IMG/VR virus record: IMGVR_UViG_3300025288_000041
Location: 1 to 41,833 of that record
Source: a virus
Taxonomy: Duplodnaviria > Caudoviricetes
DNA: 41,833 bases
Direction: 5' to 3' (one strand)
This document shows positions 1-6,553 of the stretch, piece after piece (the first letter of the stretch is position 1; the number at the start of each line of letters is the position of its first letter). The translations under genes were made by a program, and so were the position numbers. Under the pieces are notes generated by a model that was given only the letters and a program-made list of their open reading frames with translations, searched no databases and was not told the DNA's origin.

Positions 1-309
1 ACGGCCATCCGGCCCACAAAGCCAAGAAAGTCCGCGAGTTCGTCGAGTCCGTGGCGCCGCGACTTGAGCTTCATTACCTTCCGCCCTACTCGCCGGACTT
101 GAATCCGGACGAACTCGTGTGGAACGATCTGAAGAACAACGGCATCGGCAGACAGGCGATTGCCGGACCGGATCACTTGAAGCGGGAGGTGATGTCCTTT
201 CTGCGTTATCTGCAGAAGACTCCCGCTCGAGTCGCCTCATATTTCCACGCCCCGACGATGCAGTATGCTTCCAAGTAAACGGGTCGTGACAATTATGAGA
301 CGGTTAGTA
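1..309 (+). mobile_element. IS630-family insertion sequence, 3' part of the transposase and right end
   Basis: Reads GHPAHKAKKVREFV...LELHYLPPYSPDLNPDELVWNDLK...YASK* (stop at 278), containing the IS630 DDE C-terminal motif LPPYSPDLNPxE. About 30 nt later the sequence ends ...GGTTAGTA with TA at 308-309, the IS630 target dinucleotide, and it interrupts a - strand gene starting at 323. Confidence 0.9.
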
Positions 310-323
310 ATTTCTCTCGGCAT
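310..323 (-). pseudogene. 5' stub (MPRE...) of a small phage gene interrupted by IS630
   Basis: SD AAGGAG plus ATG at 323 immediately after the upstream stop. The frame runs into the IS end at codon 5. Confidence 0.55.
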
Positions 324-325
324 GG

Positions 326-490
326 TCATGTCTCCTTCAATAGCTCGGCGGCTTGTTCGGGGGTGACTGCGTGGATCAGCTCTAACCAGGCCATGACGCG
401 CTTGGTCTGAGCCTCGGATACGTCCTTGTCAGCTGCTTTGTATTCAGCCAGGAGACGTTTGACCTCCTCAGCTTTTGTCGGCTCGGTCAT
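326..490 (-). CDS. small hypothetical protein (54 aa, MTEPTKAEEVKRLL...KET), not in the ORF track
   Basis: Translated by hand. AAGGAGG SD upstream and coupled to neighbouring genes. Confidence 0.7.
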   Translation of the reverse strand: MTEPTKAEEVKRLLAEYKAADKDVSEAQTKRVMAWLELIHAVTPEQAAELLKET

Positions 491-1157
491 TGTCATCCTC
501 CTTACCCTGTAGGATATTGATGGCCTTACGCAGGTGGTTGTTTGCTTCCACCGTGTCGTTCTCGTCCATCAGTTTTTGCGCATCTAGAACATACATGAGC
601 ACGTCTGGGTTGAAGGCTGGGTTGAATTCTTCGAGCACGTGGTTGGGAACCATGACCGGCATAACCACACCATGCAGCTCGCCACCTTTCGTGCGAATCA
701 GCATGGCGTCCCGGTATGTCTCGGTTGCTTCGAGGCGAATCTCTCCATCCAGCATGTTCCGGAGCTTCTCCAGGTATTCGTTGTTGATGGCCGAGACCTT
801 GCGTCCCTTCGGTCCGACCAGCAATCGGATCAGCCACGGGTTCATGGGATCCTTCCAGTAAAAGGAGGTGAGCTGAACGTCGACGTGCTCCCTGCTGGCT
901 TCCCGCTCAAGGAATTCGGCCAGGTTTAGGTGATCGACTTTGCCGGCGTGTTTGCCGTAGTCGATTCTCGTTGCGGATGCCTCGTCGTGATCGGGGAAGT
1001 AGCCCACGAAACAGTCCGGAACCTCGTCGGCCTTGAGTCGGAGCAGGAAATGCCCGTTGGTCACAAACAGGAATTCGCCGATCCGCTGGTAGCGGTAGTT
1101 CTCATTGCCCTTTTTCGTGGGATCCAGGAAAAAGGATAGGGTTGTTTTCTTGGCCAT
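468..1157 (-). CDS. DNA sliding-clamp (beta-clamp)-like phage protein, shorter than DnaN
   Basis: FVTNGHFLL resembles the clamp motif VATDGHRL. AINNEYLEKL...MLIR...GVVMPV resembles the clamp C-terminal FNxxYL...LIMP pattern. Confidence 0.55.
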   Translation of the reverse strand: MAKKTTLSFFLDPTKKGNENYRYQRIGEFLFVTNGHFLLRLKADEVPDCFVGYFPDHDEASATRIDYGKHAGKVDHLNLAEFLEREASREHVDVQLTSFYWKDPMNPWLIRLLVGPKGRKVSAINNEYLEKLRNMLDGEIRLEATETYRDAMLIRTKGGELHGVVMPVMVPNHVLEEFNPAFNPDVLMYVLDAQKLMDENDTVEANNHLRKAINILQGKEDDNDRADKS

Positions 1158-1160
1158 GGT

Positions 1161-1229
1161 TTATCCTTCCAGCTTGTTCAGCATGGCGCGAGCTGCTCCC
1201 GCTGCCGTGTGTCCGGATTTCAGATCCAT
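1161..1229 (-). pseudogene. 22-aa internally deleted gene remnant (MDLKSGHT-AAGAARAMLNKLEG)
   Basis: Strong SD GAGGAGG. The start resembles the M...HT(PGPW) beginning and the end resembles the ARAAxAKxEG ending common to small phage proteins, with the middle absent. Confidence 0.5.
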
Positions 1230-1230
1230 G

Positions 1231-1581
1231 TTAATCCTCCTCGACGGTATTGAGGATTTGCTGGATCAAGGTGCTGATTTTTTCCAGGTCGGTAGATGCT
1301 TCCGGTAGGCCCTCGGCGGCCAGGTCTTCGGCATTGGTGCTCGCCAGCTCGTGCGCTTCTTCCAGGATCGACCTGATGGTGCGCCCGGTGAAGCGAGAGT
1401 CGGCTCCGCTGCCGGCACTCTGTTCACATTCACCACAGAACAGCTCGCTCTTGTCGGAATTGGCGACTGCAAAGAACGAATCCGCTTCCGTCCAGGGATG
1501 GTTGGGGTCGGTCCACACCTGAGCTCGAAGCTCTGCGGTTGCGCCGCACGTGTCGCAGCTCCAGATGGTGAGGTTTCGCAT
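1231..1581 (-). CDS. zinc-ribbon-like hypothetical protein (CxxC...CxxC)
   Basis: CDTCG...AQVW...CGEC, SD AAGGAG. Similar pattern to 41249..41446. Confidence 0.75.
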   Translation of the reverse strand: MRNLTIWSCDTCGATAELRAQVWTDPNHPWTEADSFFAVANSDKSELFCGECEQSAGSGADSRFTGRTIRSILEEAHELASTNAEDLAAEGLPEASTDLEKISTLIQQILNTVEED

Positions 1582-1601
1582 GGCTTACTCCTTGCGGTGG
1601 G

Positions 1602-1630
1602 AAAAGAGGCGGGACCGATGATCCCGCCTC
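1602..1630 (-). terminator. intrinsic terminator-like hairpin
   Basis: GAGGCGGGA (1606-1614) / TCCCGCCTC (1622-1630) form a 9-bp stem followed by TTTT on the - strand. Confidence 0.55.
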
Positions 1631-1652
1631 CGGGTTGTGTCCTTGTCCCGGA

Positions 1653-1874
1653 CTACGCCAGGGCCAGGGCCAGGGCCTTCTGCGATACCTGCGCTCCGTT
1701 GCCGAACCACTGAGACTTGAGCCGTCCGGCATCGGTGCCGCGCTCGTGGTCCAGGTACTCGGTCACGGAGTTGTAGAGCGTCCAGTAGCTCCGCTTGAAT
1801 TGCTCCGGGATGGCGTCGTAGCCGAGCAGGTCACCTTCGAACTTGGTCAGGTCAGCGAAGGTCATGGTTTGCAT
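1653..1874 (-). pseudogene. DUF932/DUF945-like protein reduced to its C-terminal fragment
   Basis: SYWTLYNSVTEYLDHER...RLKSQWFGNGAQVSQKAL matches the DUF932 C-terminal motif (WxxxNAVTEyxDH...S.wfG.ga..K..A). Only 73 aa, whereas family members are typically about 300 aa. Confidence 0.65.
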
Positions 1875-1901
1875 GGTTTGCTCGCTTCCGGTTTGTTGGT
1901 T

Positions 1902-2078
1902 CTATTTGCGGTGGGCGAGTCTGCGGATCAGGTTCCGGGCCCTTGTGATTCTGTCGCGGCTTCCTTGTTGCAGTCGGCGAAATTCTTTTAGCGACATTCC
2001 TCGCTGGTCCCGTGTTTCGATCAGATAACGTTCCTGCATGATGATGGATCGCAGGTGATCGGCGTGTGTCCTGGTCAT
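1902..2078 (-). CDS. hypothetical basic protein (58 aa)
   Basis: Likely start MTRTHAD at 2078 with AGGAG SD upstream. Confidence 0.6.
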   Translation of the reverse strand: MTRTHADHLRSIIMQERYLIETRDQRGMSLKEFRRLQQGSRDRITRARNLIRRLAHRK

Positions 2079-2092
2079 GACCTGGTCTCCTG

Positions 2093-2371
2093 TTAGTGGG
2101 CTTTGACGATCCGCTTCCGGGCCGGGCGGCCTGCATTGCGCCGGGCCTGTGATTCCATGAAGAATTCCGGATGGTCCCGCTTCCACGACCTGGTGGCGTA
2201 TCCTGCCGGGTCCGGTTTGGTGGTCTTGTCGCGGATTCTCATGGTCGGCGAAAACTGGTAATTCTCGGTCCAGTGCGAATCCGTGGTTACTCCGTGTTCC
2301 TTGTCCGAAGGTTTCACGGCTGAACCTGGATGAATTCGATCATCCATTGTGGGCTCGATAAGGATTGACAT
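2093..2371 (-). CDS. hypothetical protein (92 aa), first gene of the leftward early cluster
   Basis: Start MSILIEP at 2371 preceded by AGGAGGG. Confidence 0.65.
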   Translation of the reverse strand: MSILIEPTMDDRIHPGSAVKPSDKEHGVTTDSHWTENYQFSPTMRIRDKTTKPDPAGYATRSWKRDHPEFFMESQARRNAGRPARKRIVKAH

Positions 2372-2389
2372 GGTTCCCTCCTGGTTTGT

Positions 2390-2870
2390 TAACGGGCCGG
2401 TCGGCACGAGTGTAACGGGGGATGTAAGGACCATCCGTGTTTTCGTGAAAATCCGACCGGCCAGATTATGCTCATTAGGTGGTGAGGGTTCAGGGTCTTT
2501 GCCCTCGATGTCGTCCGCCATGTATGCGACCCGGATCATGGATCCATCGCTTCCCTTGCTATAGGCTCCCCGGCCATACTAACGGCTCGATTATTTCTTG
2601 GCTTCAGCTTGCCATCCCTTGCCGCAGCTTGTGACCGCGACTCTCAGCGGGATCGTTTTCGTACCGTCTCACCCGGACGCTACCGGCGGGTGGCCTACTG
2701 CGGGCGCAAGAGATTATCTTGGCTTATCCCTTTCGGCGGTCGGCGTTGGCTTGATGTTTGCACGGTCTCGCCTTTGGTGCGGAATATCGGGGTTGGTTCC
2801 CGACTTGTGCCGCAAGGGTTGTCCCTGCCTCACCTTTCGCCTGTCCATCCGGGAACCCTCCCGGACCATG
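2390..2870 (-). ncRNA. candidate large structured non-coding RNA or 5' leader
   Basis: No convincing ORF. Dense nested inverted repeats: 2395-2404/2453-2462 (10 bp perfect), 2526-2550, 2622-2627/2698-2703, 2670-2675/2687-2692, 2778-2782/2810-2814, 2787-2791/2799-2803 and 2848-2854/2859-2865. Begins directly downstream of a sigma54-type promoter. Confidence 0.55.
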
Positions 2871-2880
2871 CCAAGAACAA

Positions 2881-2897
2881 AGCAGGCCTCATGCCAA
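2881..2897 (-). promoter_or_regulatory. sigma54 (RpoN) -24/-12 promoter
   Basis: TTGGCATGAGGCCTGCT has exact GG-N10-GC spacing (consensus TGGCAC-N5-TTGC). Confidence 0.6.
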
Positions 2898-3018
2898 TGT
2901 CCCATAAGTCCCAATAGTTACTTGATGTTCTGAATTGTGGAAAATTGTTCCTTGACAAATTCGCAAAATGCCCGCATATATTATAGATATGGGATATGGA
3001 TATAGATAACTTCAATGA

Positions 3019-3031
3019 TATCAATGGTTTA
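3019..3031 (+). promoter_or_regulatory. IHF binding site
   Basis: TATCAATGGTTTA is an exact match to WATCAANNNNTTR in an AT-rich tract. A one-mismatch site lies at 3440-3452. Confidence 0.55.
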
Positions 3032-3163
3032 AGGACAAGTCTGTTTGCAACGGATATTCGAGCAATCTGCAATGTTCCATGATTCCATGCCAGTTATGCG
3101 ATAGAAGGGTTGCGGATTTCTGGAGAATAGCTTGGAGATGCCGCTCCTGCAATGACTTACAAG

Positions 3164-3197
3164 GTTATCCCCCGTTGAAAATAAATCTGTGGATAAC
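3164..3197. promoter_or_regulatory. facing pair of DnaA-box-like sites
   Basis: TGTGGATAA (3188-3196) is a perfect reverse DnaA box, TTATCCCCC (3165-3173) has two mismatches, and TGTGGAAAA at 2936-2944 has one. Confidence 0.4.
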
Positions 3198-3258
3198 TTA
3201 TGTCCTATTGAGTAGACAGTATAGTTTGTCCATCGTTCAAGTATCATGCCAGTTTCGG

Positions 3259-3296
3259 TTTTGTTGGTCATTTTGTTGGTCATTTTGTTGGTCATT
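3259..3296. repeat. 12-bp tandem direct repeat, three copies (TTTTGTTGGTCA)
   Basis: Identical units at 3259-3270, 3271-3282 and 3283-3294. Confidence 0.95.
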
Positions 3297-3509
3297 CCCT
3301 GGAGTCCTTTGTTTGTTGCATGTTGCAAGGGTGTGCCGTGCAATTTGCAATGGGTGGCGACCGTCACGGGGTCCAGTTGATGAAACGGACTTGGGAACCT
3401 CTACCGCACAAGCATCCCCCGCCCTATAGGGGAAAAAGTTCTCAAGTGGTTGTAGTTGTGTGAGTTACGTTGATAAAGGCGTGAAATAGCATAATGGGGG
3501 TGAATTACG

Positions 3510-4379
3510 GTGTCTGAGCATCAAGACACAGGGGCCATGGTTGCGCCCAAGCGGAAGGTTGGTCGTCCGAAGGGGAGCAAGACGAAGAAATCTCGGTCGT
3601 CGTTGTTGGAATCGAAGGAGGGATTGTTGTCCCCTCGGGACCGCGAGACGATCGTGATGCTCTACTACCAGAACGGGTCTTACAAGCTGACGGCTTCTGC
3701 GTTGGGGATCACGCCGGCGACAGTTTCGCGGATCATTTCCGATAGCGAGAAGGATCCTCGCATGAAGGTCCTTCACGCCCAGGTGCTGGAGAAGCTGGCC
3801 GGTCAGTCCGTTGGTGTGGGCGTGAGGGTTCTGGAGTCGATCAAGGATGCCGAGCTCAAGACGACCTACCACAAGACCCACACCAAGGGAGGGGAGCTCA
3901 AGATCGCCCAGGAGGGCCCCTCGCTCGCCGACAAGGCGAAGATTGCCCAGGTGGCGGCCGACAGCGCCCAGAAGCTCACCGCCGCGGCTCAGAGCCTCAG
4001 AGGAGGCGGTGACGGGCAGGTCGGACTCATGCTGCCGACCGATATCGAGGCCGCTCGTCTGCTGTTGGCACAGAAAATGAAACGCCTGCGCATCCTGGAC
4101 GTCGAATTCGATGATTCGGAACCGGGCCAACTCGCGAAAAACGTGGTCAACCGGGCCGAACGAGGCGGGGTGACTGCCGAAATGGTGGCAGGCGTTCCGC
4201 AGGAGAGCCCCCTCGATCCGACATCCGGCCCAATCGTTTCACCCGAGCACGACCCTGATCCGTTTTCACAGGATCAGGAGCTCCCCGACAGCCTCGACTA
4301 CCTCAAAGAGCTCGGATTCGCGTCCGGGCCCTCCGTTTCTGACGCGGTGATCGACGAAAGAGGGCCATTTGATGCCTGA
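3510..4379 (+). CDS. terS: terminase small subunit (putative)
   Basis: Basic KRKVGRPKGSK segment, HTH-like SYKLTASALGITPATVSRII and a helical middle region. Lies just upstream of TerL. Confidence 0.65.
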   Translation: MSEHQDTGAMVAPKRKVGRPKGSKTKKSRSSLLESKEGLLSPRDRETIVMLYYQNGSYKLTASALGITPATVSRIISDSEKDPRMKVLHAQVLEKLAGQSVGVGVRVLESIKDAELKTTYHKTHTKGGELKIAQEGPSLADKAKIAQVAADSAQKLTAAAQSLRGGGDGQVGLMLPTDIEAARLLLAQKMKRLRILDVEFDDSEPGQLAKNVVNRAERGGVTAEMVAGVPQESPLDPTSGPIVSPEHDPDPFSQDQELPDSLDYLKELGFASGPSVSDAVIDERGPFDA

Positions 4380-4581
4380 TTTGCCAAAAATTCCCGGCGT
4401 GAAGTACAGCACCGATGGAAACGGGGACCAATTCGAAGGGCTTACCGCGAAAATCAAGGTTCCCTGCGACACCGGCGAAGGATTCGAGCTCCTCGAGCTT
4501 CCGATTATCATGAATCCGTACCTGCTGAGCCCACATCCCGGCTATGACCCGTGGTTTCTGAACGATACGGACGACGATTGA
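4372..4581 (+). CDS. small acidic hypothetical protein
   Basis: Overlaps the terS stop, and its stop overlaps the terL ATG (TGATG). Confidence 0.55.
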   Translation: MPDLPKIPGVKYSTDGNGDQFEGLTAKIKVPCDTGEGFELLELPIIMNPYLLSPHPGYDPWFLNDTDDD

Positions 4582-6170
4582 TGTACGAATCCACCGAAAT
4601 CGAGCTCAGGGCAGTCCAAGAAGCCCTGGTCGAGCTGCACAATTACGAGCAGCTGGTCAAAGCCCAGAAAATCGTCACCTTCCGGCCCCTCAAGCACGGC
4701 GATCAGGGAGTATTCTTCGCCAACCAGTGCGCCCGCGTCCGGGTCGTGCTCGGCAGCAACCGCTCGGGCAAAACCGTCTGCGGCGTGAACGAGGCCACCT
4801 CCCACTCGCTCGGATATCGGCCCTGGCTGCCCCAGGACCACCCGCTCAGAATCGTCAGGCTCACCAACGGCCAGCCGATACCCGTGCCCAACGTCGGACG
4901 GATCATCGCCCAGAACTACGAACAGGCCATTCGGCAGACCATCATGGTCAAAATCGACGAATGGGCGCCCAGGCAGGAAATCGACCACATCGAAAAGAAC
5001 ACCCGCGGGATCCCCGTGGGAATCCATTGGAAAAATGGATCGGTCATGCACCTGATGTCCAACGACCAGGACGACATGGCGTTCGAAGGACCCAGCGGAC
5101 ATTGGGCCTGGTTCGACGAACCCCCCGAACGCAACAAGTACACCGGTATCAGCCGCGGACTCGTCGACTACGAAGGCCACAGCTGGCTGACCATGACCCC
5201 GCTTACTCAGCCCTGGATCAACGATGTGCTGGTCTCCCGGTCCGGAGACCCGGACGGAGACATCCAGATGTTCCGATTCTCGATCTGGGACAACTGCACC
5301 GACCGCGGCGGCTACCTCACCCCCGAAGCCATCCGGGCCTTCTTGAGCGATCTGGACGAGCGCGAGATCGAGGCCCGCCTGCACGGAAACTTCCTGCATC
5401 TCGCCGGCCTGGTCTACAAGGAGTGGAAGCCGCGGCCTCCGTTCTGGGTCCCCTGGCAACCGATCCCCAGCTCGTGGCCCAGGGTCTGCGTCGTCGACCC
5501 TCACCCGCGCAAACCCATCGCCGTGATGTGGGGAGCCTGCTCACCCTCGAATATCTGGTATTTCTACCGCACCCTGTTCGATCGCAGCCTGGTTACCGTC
5601 CGGGACGTCGCCGACAAGATCCGGCACCTGGAAGGCTGGAAGAATGAACAGGTCCCGGGACCGAATGCCGATCCGGTCGTGCTCAGGATCATCGACACCA
5701 GCGCCGAATCCCAGGAACGCTCCAGTGACACCAGGGGCATGAACATCCGCAAGAAGTTCGCCGAGATCAGCCCCTTCCTGGCCCACACCAAAGCGAAGAA
5801 GGACAACGCGGATTTTGGCTACGATGCGATCCACCAGGCCCTCAAAATGCGCTACGAATGGGACACGCCCGGAATCGTGGTGATGAACACCTGCCCGCAG
5901 ATCAAGCAGAATTTTATGAACTTCTGCTTCGACGAATGGAATACCGGCCGGCTGCAGTCGAAAATGGGAGACAAGGAAACCTACCTCAAAACCCATGACG
6001 ATTTCATCGACGGGATTCGGTACATTTTCCAGATGGGCTTGACATATCAGATGCTGCGGTCGATGATGAACCAGTGGGCCCGCCAGTGGGACTCCGTGGA
6101 CGATTTCAATTTCAACCCCACAGGCTCGCTTCTGATGCGCACCGGAACTCGTACCGGGTACGGAACTTAG
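4581..6170 (+). CDS. terL: terminase large subunit
   Basis: Walker A GSNRSGKT, Walker B WFDE, coupling motif TMTP, nuclease motifs VVDPHP and HDDFIDGIRY. Likely ATG at 4581. Confidence 0.92.
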   Translation: MYESTEIELRAVQEALVELHNYEQLVKAQKIVTFRPLKHGDQGVFFANQCARVRVVLGSNRSGKTVCGVNEATSHSLGYRPWLPQDHPLRIVRLTNGQPIPVPNVGRIIAQNYEQAIRQTIMVKIDEWAPRQEIDHIEKNTRGIPVGIHWKNGSVMHLMSNDQDDMAFEGPSGHWAWFDEPPERNKYTGISRGLVDYEGHSWLTMTPLTQPWINDVLVSRSGDPDGDIQMFRFSIWDNCTDRGGYLTPEAIRAFLSDLDEREIEARLHGNFLHLAGLVYKEWKPRPPFWVPWQPIPSSWPRVCVVDPHPRKPIAVMWGACSPSNIWYFYRTLFDRSLVTVRDVADKIRHLEGWKNEQVPGPNADPVVLRIIDTSAESQERSSDTRGMNIRKKFAEISPFLAHTKAKKDNADFGYDAIHQALKMRYEWDTPGIVVMNTCPQIKQNFMNFCFDEWNTGRLQSKMGDKETYLKTHDDFIDGIRYIFQMGLTYQMLRSMMNQWARQWDSVDDFNFNPTGSLLMRTGTRTGYGT

Positions 6171-6179
6171 GAGAGCACT

Positions 6180-6542
6180 ATGGCCGATATCGTGGGACGG
6201 ACAATCCGGGTCTCGGTGATCCTGAAAAAGGACGCAAACCACAGGGTCGACACCGAGTTCCTGAAAGAGGGCGAGGACTTTACCAAGGAACATCACTCCC
6301 GATCAGTCCTCGGGACAGCGATGGCCTCGCCGAGCGTCCTGGATATGGCCGGCATCACCACGGGAAAGTCCCTGCTCCTGACCACGGACCGCAGCATCAA
6401 GGTCGGGGTGAACAGCTCCACCAACCTGATTACCCTCGCCGATAATGGCATGATGGCCCTCAAGGGGGACTTCACGGCCATCTACGTTCAGAACACTGAC
6501 GCCAACTACGAGGCCACCATCGAGTTCGTCATTACCGACTAG
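6180..6542 (+). CDS. small beta-rich virion protein, paralogous to the C-terminus of 13311..15008
   Basis: Good SD. By-eye alignment to the last ~110 aa of the 565-aa protein. Confidence 0.65.
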   Translation: MADIVGRTIRVSVILKKDANHRVDTEFLKEGEDFTKEHHSRSVLGTAMASPSVLDMAGITTGKSLLLTTDRSIKVGVNSSTNLITLADNGMMALKGDFTAIYVQNTDANYEATIEFVITD

Positions 6543-6553
6543 GAGGGTCGGAT

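Noticed and set aside
2440-2478. Hammerhead ribozyme core (CTAATGAG...CGAAA on the - strand)
   Set aside because: The core differs from CUGANGA and no stem II forms between the two parts.
2952-2982. Rightward sigma70 promoter TTGACA...TATATT
   Set aside because: The spacing is 19 nt and the 17-nt position gives a poor -10, so it is not supportable.
3324-3338. Third sigma54-like site CGGCACACCCTTGCA
   Set aside because: GG-to-GC spacing is 9 nt rather than the required 10.
2598-3429. Track ORFs in the intergenic/control region
   Set aside because: No SD, atypical composition, and they overlap regulatory motifs and stems.
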